Positions 37,839 to 51,522 of a stretch of DNA of 62,466 bases are shown one piece after another (positions within the stretch are counted from its first letter, which is position 1; every line of letters begins with the position of its first letter). The position numbers and the translations under genes were made by a program. The stretch covers positions 40,979,366 to 41,041,831 of the forward strand of contig NC_068997.1 of the NCBI RefSeq assembly GCF_001194135.2. Reading direction: 5' to 3'. This DNA is from Octopus bimaculoides. Taxonomy: Eukaryota. The notes under the pieces are model-generated. The model did no database searches, was not told the DNA's origin, and saw only the letters and a list, made by a program, of their open reading frames with translations.

Positions 37839-39439
37839 GTACATATATATATATATTTATATATGTATATTTATGTCTGCATATATTTAAATGCATTTGT
37901 AGATGAATGTATATATATTTATACATATAAGCAATATATGCATGTGTATGTATGTATGTATGTATACATATACACACACAAATATAAATATAAAACAAAA
38001 ATATGAGTGTATATACATATATATATATGCACGCACAAACAAAATAAATATATATATATGCATACCTATATATAAATATAAACAAATACAGAGTATATGT
38101 GCATGTGTGTGTGTGTGTATACATGCATACATATACACATACACTTCTATTTTTTATATTAATTGTTAGCTATTGTGATATTTATTTATTTATCTATTCT
38201 TCAACTCATCATTGTATTTTTACATTCTAGCTCTGTTCATAGCTATGTTCATTGTTATTTACAAAAGCTTTTTTTCTTTTCTTTTCATTTCACTTCTTTT
38301 CTTTGTGTGTGTGTGTGTGTGTGTGCATATTTACGTGTATATGCATATTTGTATTTACATATGTGGATTTATGTATAGATATGTCTATATTATATGTCTA
38401 CATAAATATATGTATATATTCCTTAAATACAATTTTTATTGCTCATTTCTCAGTGTGTGTGTGTGAATGTATATGTGTATTTAGATGTGTACATTCATGT
38501 CATGTATGTGTATGCCTTTTGGTAAAATATTTTGAACATTATTCTTCAAGAGACAATATTGTCAGTCAATATTGTATCTACTTTTGAAAGTGAAGCCACA
38601 TCATACTGCTGATGATTTCTTCAAAATCTTCCAGTTCTTTATTTTAACTTCATGAAAAAACCACCTATTTGTTGCTGTTAACCAAAACACAACTACTACC
38701 CCCCACCAGTTCTTTTTACTCTTTTGTTACCATATTTCTGTTGAAATACATAACCTTGGTTTCAATTAATTTTGGAATAAGAAAGAATTTAGTTAAATAA
38801 CTTTGTCATTATTAAGCTGGTGTTTGGAACATGAAATTTTAAATGGAAGGTTTTTAATTTACATCACTTTAAGAATGAGAAATTTGTGTCATAGAGCTAA
38901 GGGGGTTGCCCCAGGCTTGTTGGTATCAAAAGGGTTTTTAAAAAAGGGTACATGTGTCTACTGCATAGCTGATTGTTGTTGGTACTAGTGTTGTTTAGAC
39001 CCATGTCAGTTCAATGACATTTCCTCTCATGATACTTTCATGTTATTGTTCAGACTACTCATAAATATTTTGGACTACATTATCCAATATGCCCTTCCTG
39101 TTTTAGAAGGTAGCATATGATTTCAATGAGATTTGGTTGCTATTTGTGATGTGGACACTAAGATTGACTCTTGTTTATATCTGGAATGGTTCCATATACT
39201 GGCTCAGAGCCATGCAAAATGGTCCCTTCCTTCCTTAGGCCTCCCATCTATTTATATACATGTGGCATATGTTGGACACTTTGAATTGCCGAAGTCCATT
39301 CCTTTTCAGGTTTGGTCACAACTGATTTGTTCCAGAGAGGGAAAAAATCAATGCCACTGCTGGTTTATGAACCCTAAAAGACCAAAAGATGAATTTAATA
39401 TCAGCAACATTGAGTTCAGAGAGAAAGAATAACCATAGG

Positions 39440-39721
39440 TAACCATTTTTTACCTATGGTCCCCTTTGATTACTAGTTTATTTTGATGCCCTCCACCCCA
39501 CCCGTAGCCATTCAATGTTTTAAAACTAGTTTTAAAAAGACTTCTTTCAAAATCCCTATTTTGTTTTGCTGCATTCACTTGTGTAGACTCCCTGAGGGAA
39601 CGTTTCAGTTACAGAAAGAAACCTAGCTGTTTTTTGCAAAATTTTTCCATGGACCCTTGGCATACTACTGTAGATCCCCAGACCTCTCCCCTCCGATATG
39701 GACCCCAGTTGAGAACCACTG
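39440..39721. mobile_element. Charlie-like hAT MITE with eroded left end
   Basis: Right TIR gttgagaaccactg ends at 39721; the left part begins aaccattttttacctatggtcccc, as in such elements. Confidence 0.55.
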
Positions 39722-40769
39722 ACATCAACCACTCTGTCCAGTTCTCTGCCTGTTCGCTACCCACAGTGATGATAGCATATTGAATTGATACTTTTTTTTT
39801 AATGACCCCCTTCATAGCTGATTAGCAAAATCAACACCCGTGAAACTTGAACTCCGAGGGTTGATGTTAGACTGTGTGAATTTCAACTGAAATACTCTGC
39901 TGTTATTTCTGCCATGTCTTGTTTTGGCCTGTTTTTAAACGACTTTGGTTAGTTGTCTTAAGGAAATAAATCAAAGAAGTCCTACCTTAACTGTGAGAAG
40001 TTGTCACTGGTGCACGCGCACACACACATGCACACACACACCTTGGTGTGGAGGAGTTCACTGATGCTGGCTGTTATAGTGATAATAGCATACAGAACCA
40101 GCTGTTGTAGTTGCTACTGAGCTGAATTAACAAACACACAAACACAAATACTCTCTCTCTCTCTCTTATACATTGACCACCTACTGGTAGTAGTATTAGC
40201 AGTAGTGGTTGTAATGGTGGTTGCGATGACGGTTGTTGTGATGGCAACGATGAAGGTGGTGATATGGGTGATGAAGGCGGAAGTGATGTTACCGATAGAT
40301 GCTGAGGTGGGTGTTTGTGGTGGTGGGGGAGCGTTTGCTGATGATCACGGATTTTTGTTGTTGTTTAACCCCAGATCAGCCCCAATCGGTTACATTTTCG
40401 ATCTAAGGCATTCCGACCATGACCATCCTGTTTTTTTCTTTCTAACCTTATCGCACACCTGACAACGTTATCCAATATCCGTTTATATTTTTTAAGCGGA
40501 TAGAATGTTTGGGAGAACTTTGAGTGCTATTTCTAGCAGATCAAATTACCACGTAGAGGCTCCTTTCGACTCATGGCTGTTATGATGGTAGTGTTAACCA
40601 TTACCACCATTTTCAACCTGACATATGGTCAAGAACCATTCCAGTCGTGATTATCACATTTTATTTTCCTTATCCTGTGCATCTTTTGCTGTGGTGTGAT
40701 TTCAGGAATATTTGGCTGCTATTCCTAGCACTTCGAGTGGCCCCATAAAGATTTGATTGTAATGGTTGT

Positions 40770-41110
40770 TGACGATGATGATGATGATGACAGGAAGGAT
40801 ACTATAGTAATGTTTGTGGTCGTTACTGAGTGAGCTTGTTGTGTTGCGATGCGATGTTGTGGCGGTGATCATGATGTTGATGATGATAGTTGTGGTTGTG
40901 GTAGTGATATAGAAGTTATAGAGCTGTTGTTGATGATGATGATGATGAAGATGATGATACGTGTGGTGATGGTGGTCATGTTATTCTTGGTGACAGTTAT
41001 GCTGGTAGTGGTGGTGGTGATGATGATGATGATGATGATGGTAGTCATGTTACATTCTGACCGTAGTAACGCTGGTGATGGTAGTTACTAATGGTAACGG
41101 TACGGACAGT
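40770..41110. repeat. Degenerate (GAT)n/(GGT)n low-complexity tract
   Basis: Direct reading; source of the poly-M/V ORF 40849-41091. Confidence 0.85.
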
Positions 41111-41459
41111 CACAGATGCAGTGGTGATGGCGGTGGGCGCGTGGTAGTGCAAGGTGACGCGGGATGGTGGTGAGGAGAAGAAAAAAAACACACTGAGAAA
41201 GGGGGGGAGGGGAGAGAAAGATGGGAGAGACAGAAAGAAAGAGGGAGGACGGGACAGAGAGAGAGAGAACGTGGGGAGTCGGAGATGGGAGTGCTGTGCA
41301 AAGCAGCCTCGATCTGGCGTGGCAGGAGGGAAAGAAAGAGAGAGTGAGAGAGTAGTGTGTTGGAGGAAGAGAGAAAAAGAGAGGGAGGGGAGTATAGAGT
41401 GAATGAGCGAGCAAGAGAGAGTGAGGGAGACGCTGGTGTCTCAAGTGGAGTACGAGAGA

Positions 41460-41630
41460 GAAAACGACGCTTCATCCAGCTCCTTCTCATGGCAGAAAAC
41501 TATCGTAAACTTACTTCAACTGGCTTGTGATGCAATCGTCACCAGATCGCCACACGTCATTTGCAGCGAGGAAACTTTTCACTCAATATTCCAATCACTT
41601 TGAGAATTGGAATTTTAATTCCTGGTACGT
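41460..41630. promoter_or_regulatory. Unique CpG-rich segment between GA-rich and CT-rich tracts; candidate first exon, strand unresolved
   Basis: Plus donor CTG|GTACGT at 41624, with ATG 41530 frame MQSSPDRHTSFAARKLFTQYSNHFENWNFNS open to it; minus donor GAA|gtaagt at 41515/41514; CACGTCA at 41553-41559. Confidence 0.35.
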
Positions 41631-43890
41631 GTGTGTGTAGTGTGTTGTCGATGGTGTTGCGGCACCCTCTCTCTTTCTCCCTCTCTCTCTCTCCCTCCTT
41701 CACTCTTACATCAATCTATCACTCTGTCCTTAACCCCCTCCCTCTCTTTCTCCACACGTTCTTGCATCTATCGCTCTCACTCTCATATATGTATATATAT
41801 GCATGTATATATATATACATATGTATATTAATCTCAAGTGTTTCACGTATATATCGATTTCTTTTATCTCTCTTGTATCTACCTGTATATTTATCCTTCA
41901 CATACATCAGTCTCTCTCTCTCTCTCTCTCACACACACCTATATCTTCATCTCTTTCCTATACACACGTCTTTTTCTCTTTCTCTCTCTCTCTCATATCT
42001 ATCTCTATATCTCTCTCTTTCTCTCACACATACATCTACATACACATATCCCTCTCTTTCTTTCCTACACACACACGTGTGTCTTTCTCTTTCTCTCTCG
42101 TTTATGGTTTATCTTTGATCGTCTCCACTTTTCTCATTTGTCGTTTGTTCCTCTCCATGAACTTGCTTCTTTAATAATAATAATAATAATGATAATACTA
42201 ACCACTAACAATGACAACTACATAATGATGATTTTCTTGTAACACATACGTAACAGAACTAAAAAGAAATACATACATAACAATAATAACAAATGAATGT
42301 GTCCAAAATCCTAAACCCCAAATTTCCAAGTTTAACATGTTTTTGTTTTCAGTTCACGGCTAACAGATTACACAGGCAATAAACATCCGCCCCATCACAC
42401 ACCAAATTCTTTCTTGGCAGCAAGACAAACACACATACACAGCACATATGCTGCCTCTTGTATCTATATAATAGCTCATCATCTAATGCAGTATATACAG
42501 GCGTGTATGTATGTTAGTGTGTACGTATGAAGATGTTGAATAAATATGCGTGTGTGCGTTATATATATCATGCGCTCCTCTACACTATGTGTATGTATGT
42601 AATTATATATATATGTGTGTGTGTGTGTGTATGTATGTATATATGGTCTTGTGTGTGTGTGTGTGTGTGCGTAACAGTGCCATTGGATTCGAATGTCCTT
42701 TCCAGTAAGCTGCGTTACTTTGTTAAATAAAACCCCCGATGCATCTCGTGTTGTTCGTATGAAAGTTATGGTAAAGTCGTCCGTTATATACGCATATACC
42801 TACCTACCTGTCCATAGATCTCCATATACTCACCAACATGCATTGTTGCATACACACACACACACACACATATATATATATGATATATATAATATAAAGA
42901 TGTGCGCGCGCGTGTATATTTATATGTATATAGATATAGGTGTGTGTATGCGTGTGTGCATAGACAGTCAAACGTTTTTCTCTATAGTAGTCTGTCATAC
43001 GACATAGTTCACACATTTTCTGTCTACATATGTATTCATACATGTAGTTATTTAACCCTAGGCCACAACCACACCACATAACCCTGACTGAGCAAACCTC
43101 TGATTCAAAGGCATCCTAATTGTGACCATACCGTCTTTTTTTCTTTTTTTCCAAACATCACAATATATCTATAATTATCTTTTTTACTTTTTCTTTTCTG
43201 TTTGTTTTTAAGACAAGGTGTGATTCGAAGGTAATTTAGCTGCTATTCTTTTAACTGGTCAGTCAACTGCGTAGGTTTCTTCTCGTTGGATCGTATGCAA
43301 TTTATTTATAAACCCTGACTAGGTGTATCTACCATGTGCTCTAGAGCAACATGTTCACTCACCGAAATCTTCCTACTACATTATAATATATAAAACACAC
43401 ACACATATATATGTATACACACATATACATATGTATATGTATGTATATGTATGTATATACGTACATATGCAATATAGTTACGGTGTTTTTATTGTTGCCG
43501 TTCTCTACTATATTCCGAAAATGTTGCTAGGGTTACCTCTAAACGGTTGGGAGTCATTTGATCAAATATTGTGTTTAGATATACACATACGCGCACAAAT
43601 CATACAGGAGGAAGTGGCCTATGTTTATAAAATATTTCATAAAGGAAGCTTATTGTTCCCATATTATATGTTAATTGTTTGGCAAGTGTCATTGACTTAG
43701 GAAGTTAGTTCCCAGGGGAGTGGTGCTTGTGTTGCAGTTTTTGATTGTCGGTTGGTGAATTTTTTGTTTTTGCACCTTGGATTAAGCCATCTGAGACCCT
43801 TTTGAAATGTATTAAAATCAAGATCTCCCTTTTCACCCGTTCCTAATATACCGAGCCCCACTAAAGGTCTCATTTTGCGAGCGCTGTACT

Positions 43891-44280
43891 TATAAAGTTA
43901 CGCGACCCGCTGCTTTTCAGCCCCTGGTTGTAGTGTCTCTTGACTCCGCTTGAGATAATGAACGCCACACAGTCTCATTCCCCACTCGCTTATTTATCAA
44001 TATCAGAATTTGTGAAATGAATTATTGAGCGACAAGAACTTCCAACTGGGTACAGTTTCAAACTAAGACGCCATCGCTTGGACGATGAGGAGGAAGAGGT
44101 AGACAAGTTGAAGGCAGACCAAAACTGCTGCTACCTGATCCATGAAGTGGCGTCCCCCGCATGGAACTAATCGATTTGTCCGTGATATCGAACTGTTCCG
44201 TTTGAACATAAACTTATACGAATGTCTTGTCTTCTAACACTTAGCTTCATAATTCTTTTAAGGAAAGAAAAAAGGTAATA
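43891..44280 (+). promoter_or_regulatory. TATA-box promoter and candidate ~355-nt first exon with several short ORFs
   Basis: TATAAA 43891-43896, TCAG Inr-like/acceptor at 43917-43920, CpG-rich unique sequence, donor AAG|GTAATA at 44274/44275; ATGs at 43958, 44017, 44085, 44142, 44161, 44222. Confidence 0.5.
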
Positions 44281-45789
44281 CAATCAACCCAAGCAATTCC
44301 ATTCGCAACTGATGTGGCCTTCTGTGAAATACAATAAACACATGAAAATGCGGTTCTGTGGTAGATTTATGTGGTGTTGAATTTTGACATTGTAGCCTGA
44401 TGTTTGTAAATATATATATAATGTTATTTGCGTTTTAGGAGAAAAACAGATTTTGTGACTCCCATGCCTTCACCAATAATATTAGCTATGTAAATATAGT
44501 GAAATACTATTACTTTATTGCATAAAAGAAAAATAAACTGATATTTATGAGGATGTAATGATTAGATATGTTTAAAGAGCCATAAGTTGGCAGCATTTAA
44601 ATGTTGTTTTTAAACACCTTTGTTGTAAGGGGAGATATCTATAACATGGTTATTTTATTTTATATTATTGAATTACTGGTACCTTTATTTAATCTAAGAA
44701 TGAACAAAATCGGAATGTAAAAATGCCATTCTTAAACTATTTTAATCTTTCTCACTATAGATGCATATAGTTTTATTTACCTTATGGTAATTGTGTATAG
44801 TTTTTCGTATGTGTATTTGGTGTGCAAGATTCTTGATGTGAATACGTGTGTTGAAAGAACTATTAAACCTATTCTTTCAACTTGAGATCAATAGTTAGAC
44901 CAACCGTGTGGCTTTTTCAACCTCAACATGACAATTTATACTTCATGTAGCCCTCAACATCACTGAACTCATCACTTTCATTTTCACCACAACAGATAGC
45001 TTACCTCAGTTTAGCACCTACATGTCCTGCAGTTTTATTTATTTTTTAAAAAATATGGTTTGATTTTAACCTGTACATTACTTCCAACTCTTCTCCTGTA
45101 TGTACCTCTGCCTTAGCAAATGCCGATCTCGCTACACTTGCAATATTGTCATTCTTTAAATTATCCTATTTTGATTGATTTTAAAACATACCTTGGTTCA
45201 TATCTGGTATTGCTGAACCCTATATAATCTTGACCGAGAAGTCCGTATTTTCAAAGGTACTTCATTCTTGATTATCAAAGATGGAACCCCATTTTGTTTA
45301 TCGGAAACTATTAGATCGCTCCATCTATCATATTTTGTTTTAAAATTTTATTTAAAACAATGGGATTTCATTTAAATGAGGTTTGTCTGCTATTTCTAGC
45401 TGCTCGTCTGGCCGCATAGAAGTTTCATCGTTTGCTTTCTTTCTATGCCATTAGATTAGATCCCTTGTGGCCTGATGTTTTACTATACCCAATCTATCTT
45501 TCAAAACCAAACAGATTTTAAATATACTCTTAATACTTGCTACAAAAGCAAATGTTTTGATTTAGAATAAATTATCAAAGTCCAATCGAAACAAAAGGGC
45601 TCTGTGTCATTTGTTCTTGAAGTTAAGATTTAAAACATGATATCTTTACAAATAATATTTTTCGTAATTTTTTTCTCCTTAATTCAAATTAAAAGAATAT
45701 TTATTCTTGTTAAATAGTCTTTCTTATAATATAAATTATTTAGTAACAAGAAAATTAAAATTCTTCAATTTATAATATTCCTTTCTACT

Positions 45790-45992
45790 GTAGGGCACAA
45801 GGCCTGAGATTTTGGGGGAGAGGGTCTTGTAGATTACATTGACCCCGGTGCTTGACTGGTATTTATTTTATCGAATCCAGAAGTATGACAGGCAAAGTCG
45901 ACCTCGGCGGAATTTGAACTCCGACCGTAAAGACGGACGAAATGCCGCTAAGCATTTTGTCCATCGTGCTAAAGATTCTATCAGTTCGCCCC
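45790..45992 (-). mobile_element. Family C SINE, relatively young
   Basis: ggcaaagtcgacctcggcggaatttgaactcc...gacggacgaaatgccgctaagcattt; CpGs intact; reverse complement of the 35905-36110 type. Confidence 0.88.
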
Positions 45993-48900
45993 TTTACCTC
46001 TATTTATAATATTCAGGTTTATTTACCCCTATTCTTTCATGTAATTTAAAAAGGATATTTTATTATTTTATCTCCTACCATCTTACTACGTGTGATTGCG
46101 ATTGTCCCTTAGTACAATTTCTGATGCCAGTTATAAATTTACAAGTTTAAAAGCTTCTTATTTTTTTGCTGTTTATTTTCTTGTGAAATTAGTCACTTCG
46201 AGTTTTAAAGAAACATTAGCAAATTTGCCACTAGCCACTGTAAAAAAAAAAAAGTGCCAATATATATTTACTCTACCAACTGTTGAGTCAATTCCTGCTC
46301 CACCTTCTTCACCTCAGCCGTCTCCATCTCTTCTCCCCACCAGCCCGCTACTGTTTACTTCAGCAGCTGTTACCTCACAGCTTGATGTGTTTTCTATAGC
46401 CACATGGTTTTGAAAGCGCATGCTCCTTTTTATAGTCATTAACATCCTCCCCTCTTTTTTTTTTCTTCTTCTCTTTCCCTCTTCGTAACGCAACTCTCTT
46501 CATTCACACTTGTTTTTTCTTTGTTTACACAACTATTATTAGTTTTCTAATTAATTACAGTTTTTGTTCTGCCCCCCCCCATCCCTCCACACGTATCATT
46601 ATAGACCACCAAAATATTTTGTTTACAATAAGATAATTTTAGAGTGCTTGGTCACCAGATGAATCGATCGAAATTCAGAAAATAGTTGGAATCATATATC
46701 GACTAATTTAATAAAACTGTAACTGGGGGTTGAGTTATCCTGGTCACTACTGCAGAGGTAGGCAACTGAATAATTAGGATCACCTAACGTGTCCAGGTCA
46801 TCATTTGGCTGTCCAACACTATGTATTGTGCCTCGCAGTTTCACGTTTTTCTGTGCTTAAACAAGCGCCTGGACACTCTTCTAACTAGGTTAGCTGCTAT
46901 AACACCTGACTGATTGACTGTTTTCTGAAAGGTCACCCATCTAAGTGTCAACCATGTGCTTATGCCAGCCTGCCTGTCTTGTAGCAGCTTTAACTCAACA
47001 GAAATACACAATATTATTACCTTCTCTCTGTAACTGTTCACTTCTCAACACATTTCATTGTCTTGGATTTCGGTGAAATCTAATTATTTAATGACTTTAA
47101 CACGTATTAATGCATGCAACAGGGCAGATAATCTTGCACGATATATCTAACCTCAGTGCATTGGAAAAAATAGTATTGTGAAGTTGGTAGTAGGCCAAGA
47201 CACATGTGAGAGATGAGGTAGTTGTTTGGAGAGCTTTAAAAATGTTCGTTCAGGTAGATAAGTGAGACTACACACACACACACACACACAGTTTGGTAAA
47301 CTTGTTTCAACCCATGTCATCGTGTAGCAGGAGAACACGTCTACTTGTGGTTACTTAACGTTATAATAATAGAAGTCAAATCACCCTCTACTGTCTAAGA
47401 AAAATGGAAAGACGTAATAAGTGAGGTAGTTTTAGACTGATGAAAACTGGATGGTCACAGCTGGAATGTCTAACTGCTTGATCTGGAGCTAAACAGCAAC
47501 GTAACGATATGAAAACTCGTTTAAACACTATTATCTGTCAGATTTTTAAAATCATTTTATATTTCAAATTTATAAGATTTATTTTACAATTTCTGATATA
47601 TATTTATTAAAAGGAAAATAAATAAGTTTTTGAAATGAATTTTATTTTAAAATTTTCATTTCTTCAGTTTGGCTTACTTGAAGCAGATTGTAAATATTTT
47701 TATTCTTATCAAACTTGGAATGGAAGTAATTCAATTTCTTCTCACATTTAGATTTAACACTTCTTTAAATATGTGAATTTATTTATAATACCGATGTTTT
47801 GAAGTGTATTTTTTTATTCGGTTATTCTGTGGAAACAGGTATAAAGCAGAGGCATTAGTAATATTCCTCAAGACCGACCTAAAACAAACATTTATTTTCT
47901 TACAAGCAATAACATTAAATGAGAAAGCCCTTCTTTGTATTACTACTTGATTTGCTAGAAGCAACAGACATATCTCCTTTACACCACACCCTATCATTTT
48001 AAAAAGAAAATACAGTAGGTAATGTAGCCCCAGATACACTATACCTGAAAACAAAATGGGATGGCCTTGGCTCAAATGCCTCTGATCAAAGGTCAGCTCA
48101 ATTAAGGATGACACAAGGCTTTACAACAACCCTTATTGAAAAATTAAGAAAATTCACTCTATTCCAAAAACAAGCTTGGTTTTGTCATTTTGTATGCACA
48201 TGCATGTCTGTGTCATCATTCTGAAAACCCTACAGCTTTATGAAAAATTTTGTGGTGCCAAGGTTGAATTATCAATATAAAGATCAGGTCCTTCACGTTT
48301 TATACCTGGTTCATGTATTTTATGTATTTTGCATAAAAATTTCTTAAAAATTGGTCCAAAATTTGATATTGCAAAATTCCTGTTACTCTGTTTATTGAAA
48401 ATTTTAATTTAAAAATTTCGTTTTTAATTTTTATCTATATTTATCGATATTTTGGCTAAGTTGCCTCAACTGTGGAAATAAAGTAAATTATAGAAAGAAA
48501 AAACTTATGTGAGACACTGGTTGAATGTTATATGGAGCCACAATTTTTCCAAATATGGTGAAAAAGGCAAAATTTATATATATATACTTTTAATAATTTT
48601 AATTTGTTTCTACTTCATTTGCAAAGTTAATTGGGGAGGAGCCATAATTGCTGTGTGTGTGTGTGTTTGTATTTGTGCGTGTGTGCATGCATGGATGGTG
48701 GAGAATAATTGCTTTTTCCAAACAATTCTAATCATATTTCTCAAAATTCTAAAATGATAAATAATTGATTTGATTTTCTGAGATTGGATAAAATAAATAA
48801 ATCTTACTCGAAATGATTTTTTTATTTTTTTATATGTTCCTTAAACATTATCTCTATCTTCTGAAGGAAAAATCATGTTTTTCTTAGCAAGAATTCCTCT

Positions 48901-50324
48901 AAGTAAACAACAGAAAATAGATAAACGGTGCTAATATTATATAGTTTTAAATGCTGCTTCCATCCATCAAATTGTCACCTTCACCAGGAGTCCACAAAGA
49001 GTAGCTGCTGACCCAGTCAATGTAAATAGCTTTTGAATAAATAAATAGAATTCTCCTCTGATATATTCTCCTCAGAACTAGCATTGCCAATTCCTTCAGT
49101 GCATAAAACATATATTAGTTGTTTCCCTCCCTGCTCTTGCATCTACAGCATGCTCCTCCTCTTTAGTATCAGAACAGATACCTCCTCAATCAGTGCAAGT
49201 CACAGGTCCCAACTTTCAGCATCTCCTCCTTTCTATCCCTCTCCGTCTCTCTCTGCTATTCTTAGCAGCAGCCTATTGCTTTACTCTCCTGCAAATCTCT
49301 TTCAGACTAGCTCTCTTCATTTAATCCATTAATCCTTAAAAGCACTGCCATTAATGGTAGACCTCTGTCAACTACAGTTGTGATCTCCACTGAAGCTTTC
49401 TCATGGAAGGAATTTTACTTTGATGATGAAATTTGAATCTGTTTTTCCTGTAACTGATCCCCAAAGCTTATGGATCACTATCTACAGAGTGGTTCTCGGA
49501 GGCAGCGGCCTATGTGAGTGCATTGTGGAACTTAGTTGTTCAAAGATAGGTTCTTTTATTCGTTATGGTTGTTGTTGGCAAGCTACATTCAAAGATCTTC
49601 CTCTCTATCTCACTTAGACTTATTATTTATAGCATCGCCTAAACATTTACTCTTATTCTTTCTCATTTTCAGTGTTTATATCTTAATACTTAATCGATGC
49701 CTTATTAATGTTATTACCAACATTGGATTATGCTAGTTTTCTTTTATTTTCAAGTTTGTTTCGAGATATCTTACATTTTATTTTGTTTATTTAGTTGATT
49801 TAGAAAGTATTGGATGAACATTTTATTTGTTTATTGTTTATATTAATTTTTCGTTTTAATTGTTAGTAATATCTAAATAGTTTTCTAACTGATGTTTACA
49901 TACATACATGATTATTTTATTACCTGCGACTTCTTTTCTTCAAAACCCACTCCTCATACACGCACACACAGAATACATGAATTGTTTTAGATAAAAGAAA
50001 TAACAGCTATGTGTTAGTTTCTTTGATGTTTTCCGATGCCATCAGTGCTAAACTACTAAAGAACTATCTAAACTTTAATTTCACCTCTGTTAGCTAGTAA
50101 ATAAACACTAGCAATTAAACTGAACAATCCTTGATAAAGCTGATAGTATTCATTGCTAGGTTTATAAATCCAGTAAATCTTCTTAAAACTTTTAAAGATT
50201 TGGCAATTTGTCTGCAAATATATCTGTTTTTTATCATAATATTTCAGTCAATTTGAGTAATCTATCAGTCAATCTCTCTGTATGTATAAATGTGTGTGTG
50301 TGTGTGTGTGTCTCTCTCTCTCTT

Positions 50325-50365
<41 letters not shown>

Positions 50366-50432
50366 NNNNNNNNNNNNNNNNNNNNNNNNNNNNNNNNNNN
50401 NNNNNNNNNNNNNNNNNNNNNNNNNNNNNNNN

Positions 50433-50479
<47 letters not shown>

Positions 50480-50744
50480 GTATGTATGTATGTATGCATA
50501 TATGTGTATATCTGTATGTGTGTACAAATGTATATCTGTGTACATGTCGATATATAATTCTTTGCAGATCATTCCATACCATTTAACACTTAAGGCCATT
50601 CTTGGCACCATGTCCTGTCAAATTTCTGTGGCATGCTAGGTGGGAAGAGTCTGTTTGTTCCTTGCTCACACTATGCAATTTCTTGGGGGCAAGGGACACT
50701 AAGTGGGCCATATAACCCTCTTAGTACAATATAGCTGACTCTAA

Positions 50745-50915
50745 GAGAATAAGAGAAGGGGCATAAGAAAAAGTTGAACCCACGAGATGGACTTGTAATC
50801 CAGTTATTGAAATTACATGCTAGGCAAAGTTGACCTCAGTGAGATTTAGACTAACAACGCAATGAGCACTAACACTTTACTGCGCAACCTCTGTCCAATG
50901 ATTTAACAATTCTGT
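50745..50915 (-). mobile_element. Family C SINE, diverged
   Basis: ggcaaagttgacctcagtgagatttagact matches the 45890-45920 core. Confidence 0.65.
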
Positions 50916-51489
50916 TAGTCAATCAATATGATATTATCTGTCTGTCACCTGCAAGCACACATGTGCATATATGCACACATGTGTTTGTGTGTGTGTAAAG
51001 AGATATAGATTTGTATATCTACGCATGTATATGTGTATGTGTGTATATGTATGTATGTATGTATATATATATATATGTGTGTGTGTATGTATATATATAT
51101 ATNNNNNNNNNNNNNNNNNNNNNNNNNNNNNNNNNNNNNNNNNNNNNNNNNNNNNNNNNNNNNNNNNNNNNNNNNNNNNNNNNNNNNNNNNNNNNNNNNN
51201 NNNNNNNNNNNNNNNNNNNNNNNNNNNNNNNNNNNNNNNNNNNNNNNNNNNNNNNNNNNNNNNNNNNNNNNNNNNNNNNNNNNNNNNNNNNNNNNNNNNN
51301 NNNNNNNNNNNNNNNNNNNNNNNNNNNNNNNNNNNNNNNNNNNNNNNNNNNNNNNNNNNNNNNNNNNNNNNNNNNNNNNNNNNNNNNNNNNNNNNNNNNN
51401 NNNNNNNNNNNNNNNNNNNNNNNNNNNNNNNNNNNNNNNNNNNNNNNNNNNNNNNNNNNNNNNNNNNNNNNNNNNNNNNNNNNNNNNNN

Positions 51490-51522
<33 letters not shown>

